The notes under the pieces were generated by a model. That model ran no database searches. It was not told the DNA's origin and saw only the letters and a program-made list of their open reading frames with translations. Both the position numbers and the translations under genes were made by a program. From NCBI GenBank assembly GCA_043822305.1, contig JBDRBU010000067.1:1-38415 (forward strand): DNA of 38,415 nt, in the 5' to 3' direction. The stretch comes from Candidatus Firestoneibacteriota bacterium (GTDB lineage Bacteria; Oederibacteriota; D2-FULL-39-29; JBDRBU01). Numbering within the stretch: position 1 is the first letter of the stretch; every line of letters starts with the position of its first letter. Below, piece by piece: positions 1-9,615 of the stretch.

Positions 1-137
1 AAAATAAAATTAATTTAGTATATTATAGTTAGAAGACATTGAAAAGACAAAATTTAATTTTGTCCTAAGTATTAAATGTTCAAAAAAGAGGTTTTTAAGG
101 CTGAAAAATAGGTCGATTTAACTAAATCAACAGCCTG
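1..137. mobile_element. Probable IS terminus (reverse complement begins CAGGCTGTTGA, IS1182/IS5-like); rest of element outside window
   Basis: Non-coding AT-rich stretch ending TCAACAGCCTG abuts in-frame Mod codons (aat aca gga aat gac = NTGND) at 138; internal 19-bp palindrome GACAAAATT-T-AATTTTGTC at 46-64. Family assignment is from recalled IR similarity only. Confidence 0.6.
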
Positions 138-1796
138 AATACAGGAAATGACAGTTTCATCTATCCAGACAAGTTTTCCGAGTCAAAAGCAGAGTACTTA
201 AAGAGAATCGGCGATAAAGATGAAGAAGGGTATCTTCTTAAAGAAGGTCTTTTCAGAAAAAACAGTAAAGAAAGTGGCCATTATCATTCAAACTGGCTTT
301 CAATGATGTATCCGCGTCTTTTTCTGGCAAGGAATCTGTTGCGTGAAGACGGCGTTATTTTTGTCTCTATTGACGACAACGAAGTCCACAACCTAAGAAT
401 GATAATGAACGAAGTGTTTGGAGAAGAGAATTTTGTTGCATTATTACCTACAATTATGAACTTAAAAGGAAATAATGATCAATATGCATTTTCTGGTACT
501 CATGAATATACATTAGTATTCACAAAGACAAAAGAAAAAACAGTTTTTAATGAATTTAATATTGAAGAGGAAGAAAACGAAGAATGGGGAATGGATGAAA
601 GGGGATATTTTAAGAAGGGGAGTGGTCTGTTGGCAACATCTTTTGGAAAAACGCGAGAAGAAAGACCATATATGTATTTTCCAATACTCATAAAAGATAA
701 TAGTTTGTTTTTATTGCCAGAAAAAGAATACGAAAATATTTATGATAATAAAAAGGAATATTTTAATGATAAATATGTTGATGAATTAAAACAGAAATAT
801 GAAAAACAAGGATTTTGTTTTTTATTGCCCATAGATTCAAATGGTAATTTATTAAGATGGACATGGGGATATAGTGGCAAATTTAAAACTCACATAAAAG
901 ATATCATTATTACCAAAACAAAAAATGGCTATTCGCTTAACAAAAAACAAAGACCTTCTATCGGTGATTTACCTTCAAAAAAACCCAAATCAGTATTTTA
1001 TAAACCAGAATATAGTAGTGGGAATGGAACGGAACAAATAAAAATACTTTTTAATAATAAAATCTTTATAAGTCCTAAACCAATAGATTTAATAAAAGAT
1101 TTATTAATATTAGGCATGAACAAATCTGATATTGTTCTTGATTTCTTTTCAGGTTCTGGCACTACTGCTCATGCGGTTTTGAATTTAAACAAAGAAGATG
1201 GTGTCAGCCGTGAATTTATTTGTGTTCAACTTCCAGAAAAAACGAAAGAAGATTCTGAAGCATATAAAGCCGGGTATAAAACGATAGCAGAAATATGCAA
1301 AGAAAGAATTCGCAGGGTCATAAAAAACATAAAAGACGAGAAGAAAAAAAATCCCGATCTTTTCGCTGACCAGAAAAAGGATTTGGATTTAGGATTTAAG
1401 GTCTTCAAACTCAAACAATCAAATTTCAAAATATGGCGAACTGATATTGCAGAGAACGAAAAAGAACTTGGCAAACAATTAGACGCATTTGAAATTCCTG
1501 TCAAAAAAGAAGCAAAAATCGAGAACATGCTCTGGGAAATCCTTCTAAAATCCGGCTATGACTTAAATACGAGGATTCAAGAAAAGAAAATCGCCGGTTG
1601 CCTTATTTACTCGGTTGCCGATGGTGATATGATTGTATGCCTATCAAAAATCAATGAGGATTTAGTCAAAAAAATCGCAAAACAAAAGCCAAAGAAATGC
1701 ATCTGCCTTGACATCTTATTTGCCAAAAACGACCAATTAAAAACAAACACAGTCCTGCAAATGAAAGACGCAGGAGTGGAGTTTAAGACGATATAA
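138..1796 (+). pseudogene. mod: Type III R-M modification subunit (Mod), 5'-truncated/interrupted
   Basis: Frame of ORF 303..1796 extends upstream as NTGNDSFIYPDKF...GHYHSNWLSMMYPRL, the segment that normally follows DPPY; DPPY and the N-terminus are absent (in-frame TAA at 123-125). SAM motif DFFSGSGTT and a typical Mod C-terminus are present; res lies downstream. Confidence 0.88.
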
Positions 1797-1806
1797 GGAG
1801 CATATT

Positions 1807-3063
1807 ATGGAAAATGAAAACAAAATAAGATGTCCTGAATGTGATGCAGAAATTAATGTAAATGAAGCGTTATTCAATCAACTCCAAGATCAGTTTAAAA
1901 AACAATATGAAATAAGAATTAACGAAAAAGAAAAAGAAATTACAGAAAAAAATAAAAGTATTGATAATGAGAGAAGATTATTGCAAAGAGAAAGAGAATC
2001 TATAAAAGAAAGCATAGAAAATGAATTGCAGGTAAAGATAAAAGAGGAAAAAAGTAAATTAGAAAAATCAATAAAAAGTAAAATTGAAGAAGAAAAATCA
2101 GAAGAGTTTAAAGCATTGCAAAACGAACTTCAAGAAAAATCAAATCAAATTAAAGAATTGAATAGAACCAAAGCGGAAGTTGAAAAATTAAAAAGAGAAA
2201 AAGAAGAATTAAGAGAACAATTCAATTTGGAAAAGGAAAAAGAAATATCTAAAAAACTTTCCGAAGAGAGACAAAAAATAAAACAACAAACTGAGGAAGA
2301 ATATATGTTTAAACTTAAAGAAGCAAAAAAGATAAATGAAGATTTAAAAACTCAACTTGGCGAAGCACAACGAAAAGCTGAACAAGGTTCTGTCCAACTA
2401 CAGGGAGAAATACAAGAGTTAGAGATAGAAAATATTTTAAAGACCTTTTATCCTATTGATGAAATTACAGGAGTTGAAAAAGGTCAAAAAGGAGCTGATA
2501 TACTTCAAACTATAAGAAATAATCAAGGACAAGCATGCGGAAAAATATATTATGAAAGTAAAAGGACTAAAAGTTTTCAAAATACTTGGATCCAAAAATT
2601 AAAAGAAGATAACCTTGATGTGAAAGCGGATATCCTGGTTTTGGTTACAGAATCTCTACCGGAAGATATAACAAAATATTCCTTAAAAGATGGTGTCTGG
2701 ATATGCTCTTTTCTTGAGTTTAAGGGCTTATCATTAGTTTTAAGATATGGTCTAATACAGTTGTACAATGTTAAATTTACGCAGCAGAATAAAGGAACAA
2801 AAATGGAATTATTGTATGGTTATTTAACAAGTTTGGAATTTAAAGACCAATTTGAGGCAATTATGGAAGGTTTTAGAACTTTACAAGAATCAAATAATGA
2901 TGAAAAATATAAAATGCAAAAGATATGGAAAGAAAGAGAAAAACAGTTGGAAAAAATACTAACAAATGCAGTTAATTTTTATGGTAGTTTAAAAGGAATT
3001 GTTGGTTCTTCAATTCCACAGATTAAAATGTTAGAGAGCGATGATATAAAACTAATTGAATAG
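1807..3063 (+). CDS. DUF2130-like coiled-coil protein with putative C-terminal PD-(D/E)xK-like domain
   Basis: N-terminal CPEC, long E/K coiled coil, conserved QGSVQLQGEIQEL, GADILQ...IYYESKRTK; RBS AAGGAG upstream. Confidence 0.8.
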   Translation: MENENKIRCPECDAEINVNEALFNQLQDQFKKQYEIRINEKEKEITEKNKSIDNERRLLQRERESIKESIENELQVKIKEEKSKLEKSIKSKIEEEKSEEFKALQNELQEKSNQIKELNRTKAEVEKLKREKEELREQFNLEKEKEISKKLSEERQKIKQQTEEEYMFKLKEAKKINEDLKTQLGEAQRKAEQGSVQLQGEIQELEIENILKTFYPIDEITGVEKGQKGADILQTIRNNQGQACGKIYYESKRTKSFQNTWIQKLKEDNLDVKADILVLVTESLPEDITKYSLKDGVWICSFLEFKGLSLVLRYGLIQLYNVKFTQQNKGTKMELLYGYLTSLEFKDQFEAIMEGFRTLQESNNDEKYKMQKIWKEREKQLEKILTNAVNFYGSLKGIVGSSIPQIKMLESDDIKLIE

Positions 3064-3115
3064 AAAAATCAGGATTGTGGAAATTTAATTACAGCAATAA
3101 TAAAGGAGTATTTTC

Positions 3116-4576
3116 TTGAATAAAGCAGAACTAATAAATAAACTGCAGGACATTGAGTGGGAAGATTTTGAGGTAAAAGAAGCAAAATCCGAACTGCCTA
3201 AAAATGTCTGGGAAACTATCAGTGCTTTTTCAAATACTTCTGGCGGATGGTTAGTGCTTGGTGTAAAAGAAGCAAAAAAAGGTTACGAGATTACAGGTAT
3301 AGAAAATCCCAAGAAGATCGAGACAGATTTCTTAAGCACCATTAGAACAGAAAAATTTAATAGACCTTTGAAAGCGAAAATCAGAAAATATAATATTGAC
3401 GGCAATATAGTATTTGCAATCCATATACCCGCTGTATCGGAAAAATATAAACCAATTTTCTTTAATTCCGAAGTCAATACATTTTTTAGGACAGGCAGCG
3501 GCGATCAACGCGCAACTCACGAGGAAATTGCCGCAATCCGCAGAGATTCATCATTTGGGGAGAAAGATTCCGAGAAAACGGAGTTTACAGTAAAATATCT
3601 GGATAAAGAAAGTATAGAAAGATATCGTATATATTTGAAAGAAATTGATCCTAATCACAGGTATAACTCGTTTAAAACAGAAGAGTTTTTGGAAAAACTT
3701 AATGTAACAGCCAGAAAAAAAGTTACGGTGGCAGGATTGCTGGTTTTTGGCAAAGAAGAAGCGTTAAACAGATTTATGTCTGATTTTAGGATTGATTATC
3801 TGGAGATACAGGGCACTTCTTATGAAGACGCGCCAGAAAGATACAAGTACAGATTGCCTACGGAAAAAAACCTGTATAATTATTATTTTAGTATTTTCGA
3901 TAGGTTGATTCGTAAGATTGAGATACCCTTTAAACTAAAAAGCGGAGGTTTTAGAGACGAAAACCAGCCGCAGGTTGGAGCTATCAGAGAAGCACTTGTT
4001 AATTTACTTATGCACACCGATTATTTTAGTAATGCAAAGCCAAGAATAAGAGTACTGAGCGACAGAATAGAATTTTTTAATCCAGGTGCCCTTCCGAAAG
4101 ACATAAAAATCATCATCCGCGAAGAATGTTCGTTACCGCGCAATCCGACAATAGCGAAGATCTTCAGGGTTATTCGTTTATCCGAAAATATCGGCTCCGG
4201 TTTCCATAAAATGATAGACGGCTGGTACTCCCATTATAAAGTAAAGCCAATAGTAAGCGGGGATGTGGATTTTTATAAAATAATATTTCCTCTTGGGAAA
4301 AAAGTATCACTAAAAGAAAATCAATCTGGCGGAGTAAATGAGGGAGTAAAGGTCCCAGAAAAGGTCACTGTAAAGGTCCCAGAAAAGGTCACTGTAAACC
4401 AGAGTATAATTTTGGATAATATCAGGAAAAATCCAAATATAACAACAAAAGAATTAGCGAATATAATTGGGATTTCTGAAAGAAAAACAAAAGAAAATAT
4501 TTCCAAATTGAAAGATAAAAATTTAATCAAAAGAGTTGGCCCTGATAAAGGCGGGCATTGGGAAGTAATAGAATGA
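3116..4576 (+). CDS. AlbA_2/Schlafen-domain protein with RecG-C-like middle domain and C-terminal wHTH
   Basis: EWEDFEVK and ISAFSNTSGGWLVLGV (AlbA_2); REALVNLLMHTDY...NPG...PRNPTIA; HTH ending RVGPDKGGHWEV; TTG start with AAAGGAG RBS. Confidence 0.85.
   Translation: MNKAELINKLQDIEWEDFEVKEAKSELPKNVWETISAFSNTSGGWLVLGVKEAKKGYEITGIENPKKIETDFLSTIRTEKFNRPLKAKIRKYNIDGNIVFAIHIPAVSEKYKPIFFNSEVNTFFRTGSGDQRATHEEIAAIRRDSSFGEKDSEKTEFTVKYLDKESIERYRIYLKEIDPNHRYNSFKTEEFLEKLNVTARKKVTVAGLLVFGKEEALNRFMSDFRIDYLEIQGTSYEDAPERYKYRLPTEKNLYNYYFSIFDRLIRKIEIPFKLKSGGFRDENQPQVGAIREALVNLLMHTDYFSNAKPRIRVLSDRIEFFNPGALPKDIKIIIREECSLPRNPTIAKIFRVIRLSENIGSGFHKMIDGWYSHYKVKPIVSGDVDFYKIIFPLGKKVSLKENQSGGVNEGVKVPEKVTVKVPEKVTVNQSIILDNIRKNPNITTKELANIIGISERKTKENISKLKDKNLIKRVGPDKGGHWEVIE
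4346..4398 (+). repeat. In-frame 24-bp tandem duplication (GTAAAGGTCCCAGAAAAGGTCACT x2 plus partial) encoding VKVPEKVT
   Basis: Exact copies at 4346-4369 and 4370-4393; underlying 12-bp periodicity. Confidence 0.95.
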
Positions 4577-7224
4577 AACTACATTTTGATCCAAACCAGG
4601 ATTTTCAAATACAGGCGATATCATCTGTGGTTGATTTGTTTGAAGAACAACCTCTGAATAAAGGAGAATATGAATTTTCGCTGAGGGATGAATCCGGCAG
4701 CACCTTTATTAGTGATAACGGTTTAGGAAATAATCTTGTCATTTCTGAAGAAAAAATTCTTAAAAACTTACAACAAGTTCAAACAAGAAACGGACTTTAT
4801 GAGTCAACAAAACTTGAAGGGTTAAACTTTTCATTAGAAATGGAGACTGGTACAGGCAAGACATATGTGTATCTTAGAACTATATATGAATTAAATAAGA
4901 AGTATGGATTTAAAAAGTTCATCATCGTTGTCCCAAGTGTTGCCATAAGAGAGGGTGTATTAAAAAATCTTGAAATAACTGGGGAACATTTTCAAAATCT
5001 TTATGAGAAAGTGATGGTAAACTATCAGGTCTATGATTCTGGTAGAGTATCTACATTGCGTAATTTTGCTTTAAGCAATTCAATACAGATTCTTGTCATA
5101 AATATTGATTCTTTTGCAAAAGATATTAATATTATAAATAAAACCAATGATAAACTTACGGGTAAAAAGCCAATTGAATTTATTCAATCCACAAGACCTA
5201 TGGTAATAGTGGATGAGCCCCAAAATATGGAGACCAATATTAGAAAGAAAGCAGTTCTAAACTTGAATCCACTTTGTACTTTAAGATACTCTGCCACACA
5301 CACAAACCTTTATAATCTTATTTATAGTTTAAATCCCGTTAAGGCATATGATCTCGGACTTGTGAAACAAATAGAAGTTGATTCTATTTTTGCTGAAGGT
5401 GGGTTTAATCAAGCATTTGTATTACTGGAAGATTTAAAATCTGCCAAGACAAAAACCACAGCAAAGATAAGAATAGATATGGAAACTGACCATGGAGTTT
5501 TAAGAAAAAGTTTTAATATGAAAGTAGGGGATGATCTATATGCGATTTCAAATGGAAGGGAAGCATACAAAGACGGGTATAAGATAAATTCAATAGACGT
5601 TTCAAATGAGTGCATTGAATTATCAAACGGTGATGTAATTTATAAAGGAGAGACAAGAGGTGGATTACGGGATGAAATTATGAGAGTACAAATGGAAAAG
5701 ACGATAGAAGAGCATTTTAAGAAGGAGAAGAAATATAAAAGAAAGGGGATAAAAGTATTATCGCTTTTTTTTATTGATAGGGTTGCAAATTACCGTTCTT
5801 ACGATAAAAACGGGAATTCTTTACCGGGAAAATTTGCTGTATGGTTTGAAAAAATATTTAAGCAAATGTCAAAAAAATCCGCATATAAAGGATTGATACC
5901 TTTTGATGTTAAAAAGGTTCATAATGGATACTTTGCACAAGATAAGAAAGGAGTGTTTAAAGATTCTTTTGAAAGTAGAGAAACACAGTCGGATAATGTT
6001 GTTTATAAATGGATAATGAAAGACAAAGAAATATTGTTAGATATTTCTAATCCCCTAAGGTTTATATTCAGCCACTCTGCTTTGAGGGAAGGATGGGATA
6101 ACCCGAATGTGTTTCAGATTTGCACATTGAATGAAACAAAATCAGAAATGAAAAAAAGACAGGAGATTGGCCGGGGACTCCGTTTATCTGTAAATCAGGA
6201 GGGCGATAGAATAAAAGATAAAAGCATAAATGTACTGACTGTAGTGGCAAATGAAAGTTATGAGGACTTCGCTAAGAAATTACAAAAAGAAATACATGAT
6301 GATTGCGGTGTTGAATTTACGGGAAGAATAAAAAAAGTCAGGGATAAGGTAGGGGTAAGGTTGAAAAAGGGTTTTGAATTAGATAAAAATTTTCTGGATT
6401 TATGGAATAGAATAAAACAAAAGACAACTTATAGGGTAAATTACAGTACTAAAGATTTAATCAAGGAATCTTCAAAATCAATAAGGGATATGCAGGAAAT
6501 AGCAAGAGTGATGATCAAATCTATTAAAGTTAACATTCAAATGGTAGAAGATGGTGTAAAAACAAGTCAAACTGGTATCGGAGTAAGTAAAATAGATGAC
6601 TTGTATCTTGAAATTCCTGATGTATTGGGTTATATACAAAGCAAGACAGAACTTACAAGATCAACAATTCTGAACATTTTAAAAGAATCAGGACGTATGA
6701 GAGATATATTAAAAAACCCGCAAACATTTTTGGATGCAGCAGTAAATGAAATAAAAAATGTTTTGAATGATTTTATGGTGGATGGCATTAAATATGAAAA
6801 AATTGGTGGGAGTGAATATGCTATGATGCTTTTTGGGGAAAATGAGATAGAATTTTATATAGACAATCTATATAAAGTTAAGAAACAGGAGAAAACTATT
6901 ACAACTCATATCGTTATTGATTCTATGTCTCAACCTGAAAGGAAGTTTGCAGAAGATTGTGAATCCAATGAAAATATAGAATTTTTTATAAAACTGCCAC
7001 ATTGGTTTGTAATAAAAACTCCTATAGGAAATTATAACCCGGATTGGGCACTAATATTTAAAAATGATAAAAAATTATATTTTGTAGCAGAGACAAAATC
7101 AACACTCGATAATTCTCTTCTGAGAATATATGAAGAACAAAAAATACGATGTAGCCAAAAACATTTTGAAGAATTTCCGGATGTGAAATATAAGCAAGTA
7201 ACCAAAGTGTCTGAATTGTTGTAA
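4573..7224 (+). CDS. res: Type III R-M restriction subunit (Res)
   Basis: Walker A EMETGTGKT, Walker B DEPQ, LREGWDNPNVFQIC, QEIGRGLRL, nuclease YNPDW...VAETK; start placed at the ATG overlapping the upstream TGA (ATGA). Confidence 0.93.
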   Translation: MKLHFDPNQDFQIQAISSVVDLFEEQPLNKGEYEFSLRDESGSTFISDNGLGNNLVISEEKILKNLQQVQTRNGLYESTKLEGLNFSLEMETGTGKTYVYLRTIYELNKKYGFKKFIIVVPSVAIREGVLKNLEITGEHFQNLYEKVMVNYQVYDSGRVSTLRNFALSNSIQILVINIDSFAKDINIINKTNDKLTGKKPIEFIQSTRPMVIVDEPQNMETNIRKKAVLNLNPLCTLRYSATHTNLYNLIYSLNPVKAYDLGLVKQIEVDSIFAEGGFNQAFVLLEDLKSAKTKTTAKIRIDMETDHGVLRKSFNMKVGDDLYAISNGREAYKDGYKINSIDVSNECIELSNGDVIYKGETRGGLRDEIMRVQMEKTIEEHFKKEKKYKRKGIKVLSLFFIDRVANYRSYDKNGNSLPGKFAVWFEKIFKQMSKKSAYKGLIPFDVKKVHNGYFAQDKKGVFKDSFESRETQSDNVVYKWIMKDKEILLDISNPLRFIFSHSALREGWDNPNVFQICTLNETKSEMKKRQEIGRGLRLSVNQEGDRIKDKSINVLTVVANESYEDFAKKLQKEIHDDCGVEFTGRIKKVRDKVGVRLKKGFELDKNFLDLWNRIKQKTTYRVNYSTKDLIKESSKSIRDMQEIARVMIKSIKVNIQMVEDGVKTSQTGIGVSKIDDLYLEIPDVLGYIQSKTELTRSTILNILKESGRMRDILKNPQTFLDAAVNEIKNVLNDFMVDGIKYEKIGGSEYAMMLFGENEIEFYIDNLYKVKKQEKTITTHIVIDSMSQPERKFAEDCESNENIEFFIKLPHWFVIKTPIGNYNPDWALIFKNDKKLYFVAETKSTLDNSLLRIYEEQKIRCSQKHFEEFPDVKYKQVTKVSELL

Positions 7225-7319
7225 AATGGTTACACCATAAAAGGATAATTAAATTAAATAATTGATGACGGAGACTTAAAATGGATGATAGAAGCGATAT
7301 TATTCCAAATAGAATGAGT

Positions 7320-7345
7320 CGTCCCATATAAAATGGGACGCTACA
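7320..7345 (-). repeat. GTAG-type REP-like hairpin
   Basis: CGTCCCAT-ataaa-ATGGGACG followed by CTACA (minus strand: TGTAG then 8-bp stem). Confidence 0.65.
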
Positions 7346-7739
7346 AAAAGGCTCTGTTAAGATTTACAGACAGGATGAAGATAAAAGAAATGAATTCATA
7401 GGAGAAGATTTAATAGACCATACACCGAAAGATGAAGTAGTTAAAATTTACATGGGCAATGCATTTGATGTAGTTGGCGAGAGGAAAAGAACAGATTATA
7501 AACTAAGTAAAAGTCAGGATGAACTTGAAGAAGAGTTTCAAATAACGCTTAGGAATCACAAGAAGGAGAAAGTTGTTGTCCGAGTAGTAGAGCATTTGTA
7601 TCGCTGGTTAAACTGGGAAATCATTGAAAACAGTGATATATTTAAAAAGATTGATTCTAAAACAATTGAATTCAGGATAGAAGTTGAACCGGATAAAGAT
7701 AAAGTAGTATCATATAGAGTAAAATATAATTGGAAATGA
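7341..7739 (+). pseudogene. C-terminal remnant of a DUF4139-like protein
   Basis: Frame reads LQKGSVKIYRQDED...FIGEDLIDHTPKDE...GNAFDVVGERK...ITLRNHK, typical of DUF4139 C-termini; in-frame TAA at 7329-7331; no N-terminal part or signal peptide. Confidence 0.75.
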
Positions 7740-7776
7740 GTGAGTTAACTCACGCACCAGAAGGTGCGGGGTTTAC
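7740..7776. repeat. 14-bp palindrome overlapping a GC hairpin (terminator-like or HUH-element-like)
   Basis: GTGAGTTAACTCAC (7740-7753) is a perfect palindrome; CGCACC-agaa-GGTGCG stem followed by GGGTTTAC. Confidence 0.55.
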
Positions 7777-7784
7777 TTTGAAAG

Positions 7785-7808
7785 TGTCAAATGTCAAGGA
7801 CTGACCCC
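7785..7808 (+). repeat. CTGACCCC-family element, copy 1
   Basis: TGTCAAATGTCAAGGACTGACCCC; near-identical to 28962-28985. Confidence 0.85.
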
Positions 7809-7845
7809 TGTTTAACGAGTATGGAATATTCTCCTCATTTTTCTA

Positions 7846-7874
7846 TTTACTTTTAAAATGTTATGTATTATAAT
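7846..7874 (+). promoter_or_regulatory. Putative sigma70 promoter for the proS operon
   Basis: TTTACT-N17-TATAAT, 22 bp upstream of the proS ATG. Confidence 0.55.
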
Positions 7875-7896
7875 TTATATAATAGGGGGTGTTTTT

Positions 7897-9615
7897 ATGG
7901 AATGGACACATTGTTTAATTCCAACATTAAAAGAAATTCCTTCTGATGCAGAAATAATTAGTCATAAACTGATGTTAAAGGCTGGACTAATTAAAAAACT
8001 TGCTTCGGGAATTTATACATTACTTCCTTTGGGATTTAAAGTGATGCTTAAAATTATTAATATTGTTCGAGAAGAAATGAATATGGCTGGAGCAGAAGAA
8101 CTTCTTATGCCCATACTTTCCCCTTCTGAATTATGGAAGGAGACAGGGAGATGGGAATTGTACGGAGAAGAATTATTCAGAATAAAAGATAGACAGGATA
8201 GATATTTTGCTTTAGGACCTACGCATGAAGAAGTTATAACTGATATAGCCAGAAATGTGATTAAGTCGTATAGAGACATTCCAAAAAACTTCTACCAAAT
8301 CCAGAATAAATTTAGAGATGAGATTCGTCCTCGTTTTGGTGTTATGAGAGCAAGAGAGTTTATGATGAAGGATGCATATAGTTTTGACAGGGATGAAAAA
8401 GGTTCCGAAATCACTTATAAAAAAATGTTTGATGCCTACCTTCGTATATTTAACCGATGTGGTTTAAGATTTAAAGCAGTTGAAGCAGAATCTGGTGCAA
8501 TTGGAGGTTCTTTTTCGCATGAATTTATGGTCTTAGCCGAGAATGGAGAAGAGGTGATTATAAACTGTCCAAAATGTGATTATGCTGCAAATAAAGATAA
8601 AGCGGAAGGGATTAGCAAGTTTAAAGGAAACGAGAGTGATGAATTAAAAAAAATAGAAAAAGTTTTGACACCTGATAAAAAAACAATAAAAAGTGTTACT
8701 GAATTCCTAAAAAAAGAAGCGTGCGAATTGATAAAAACACTGATATATGTATGTGATGGGAAACCTATGGCAGTTTTAATTAAAGGAGATGACGAACTTA
8801 ATGAAAACAAGTTGAAAAGATTTTTAAACGCAAAAGAACTAACAATGGCCGAGGCTAAACTTGTTGAAAAGGTAAGCAATTCGCCAGTTGGTTTTGCTGG
8901 ACCTGTTGGATTGAATAATGTTGATATAATTGCCGATAATACAATTAAAAAAATGAAAAATTTTGTAGTAGGAAGTAATGAAAAAGATTACCACTTAATA
9001 AATGTTAACTTAGATAAAGATTTTAAAGTTAAAGAATTTGCTGATTTAAGATTTGTATCCGGTGAAGATATCTGTATAAAATGTGGAAGTAACTTAACAG
9101 AACTAAGGGGGATAGAAGTAGGTCATACTTTTAAGTTAGGAACTAAATATAGCGAAGCCATGGGAGCAGAATTTCTTGACGAAGATGGTAAAAGAAAATC
9201 TATAGTTATGGGTTGTTATGGAATAGGCATAACAAGAATTATGGGTGCGGCCATAGAACAAGGAAATGATGAAGATGGAATTATCTGGCCCGTGCCCATC
9301 GCCCCTTATTTGGTTATTATCACTGCCATAAATTACAAAGATGAGAAGATTAAAGAATTAGCAGATTCAATTTACGATATTTTAATAAAAAATAATATTG
9401 AGGTTTTGTTAGATGACAGAGATGTAAGTGCGGGTGTAAAGTTTAAAGATGCTGATTTAATAGGGATACCAATAAGAATTATTGTTGGAACAAAAGCAAT
9501 TAAGGAAAATGTATTGGAAGTAAGATTAAGAAAAACAAAAGAAGAATTTAAACTAAAGGAAGAAGAAGTTTTAGAAAAAATTAAAAAGTTGTCTATTGAG
9601 GATTTAAAAAAATGA
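7897..9615 (+). CDS. proS: Proline--tRNA ligase (bacterial type with editing domain)
   Basis: SHKLMLKAG, LGPTHEE, FRDEIRPRFGVMRAREF, GCYGIG, anticodon domain; start at MEWT after the AGGGGGT RBS. Confidence 0.97.
   Translation: MEWTHCLIPTLKEIPSDAEIISHKLMLKAGLIKKLASGIYTLLPLGFKVMLKIINIVREEMNMAGAEELLMPILSPSELWKETGRWELYGEELFRIKDRQDRYFALGPTHEEVITDIARNVIKSYRDIPKNFYQIQNKFRDEIRPRFGVMRAREFMMKDAYSFDRDEKGSEITYKKMFDAYLRIFNRCGLRFKAVEAESGAIGGSFSHEFMVLAENGEEVIINCPKCDYAANKDKAEGISKFKGNESDELKKIEKVLTPDKKTIKSVTEFLKKEACELIKTLIYVCDGKPMAVLIKGDDELNENKLKRFLNAKELTMAEAKLVEKVSNSPVGFAGPVGLNNVDIIADNTIKKMKNFVVGSNEKDYHLINVNLDKDFKVKEFADLRFVSGEDICIKCGSNLTELRGIEVGHTFKLGTKYSEAMGAEFLDEDGKRKSIVMGCYGIGITRIMGAAIEQGNDEDGIIWPVPIAPYLVIITAINYKDEKIKELADSIYDILIKNNIEVLLDDRDVSAGVKFKDADLIGIPIRIIVGTKAIKENVLEVRLRKTKEEFKLKEEEVLEKIKKLSIEDLKK

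Noticed and set aside
138..1796. Phase-variable simple-sequence repeat in mod
   Set aside because: No SSR tract in the visible part; the 5' region where such tracts usually lie is absent
7810..7896. T-box leader before proS (or tyrS)
   Set aside because: Leader too short with no T-box motif; tyrS overlaps the upstream gene
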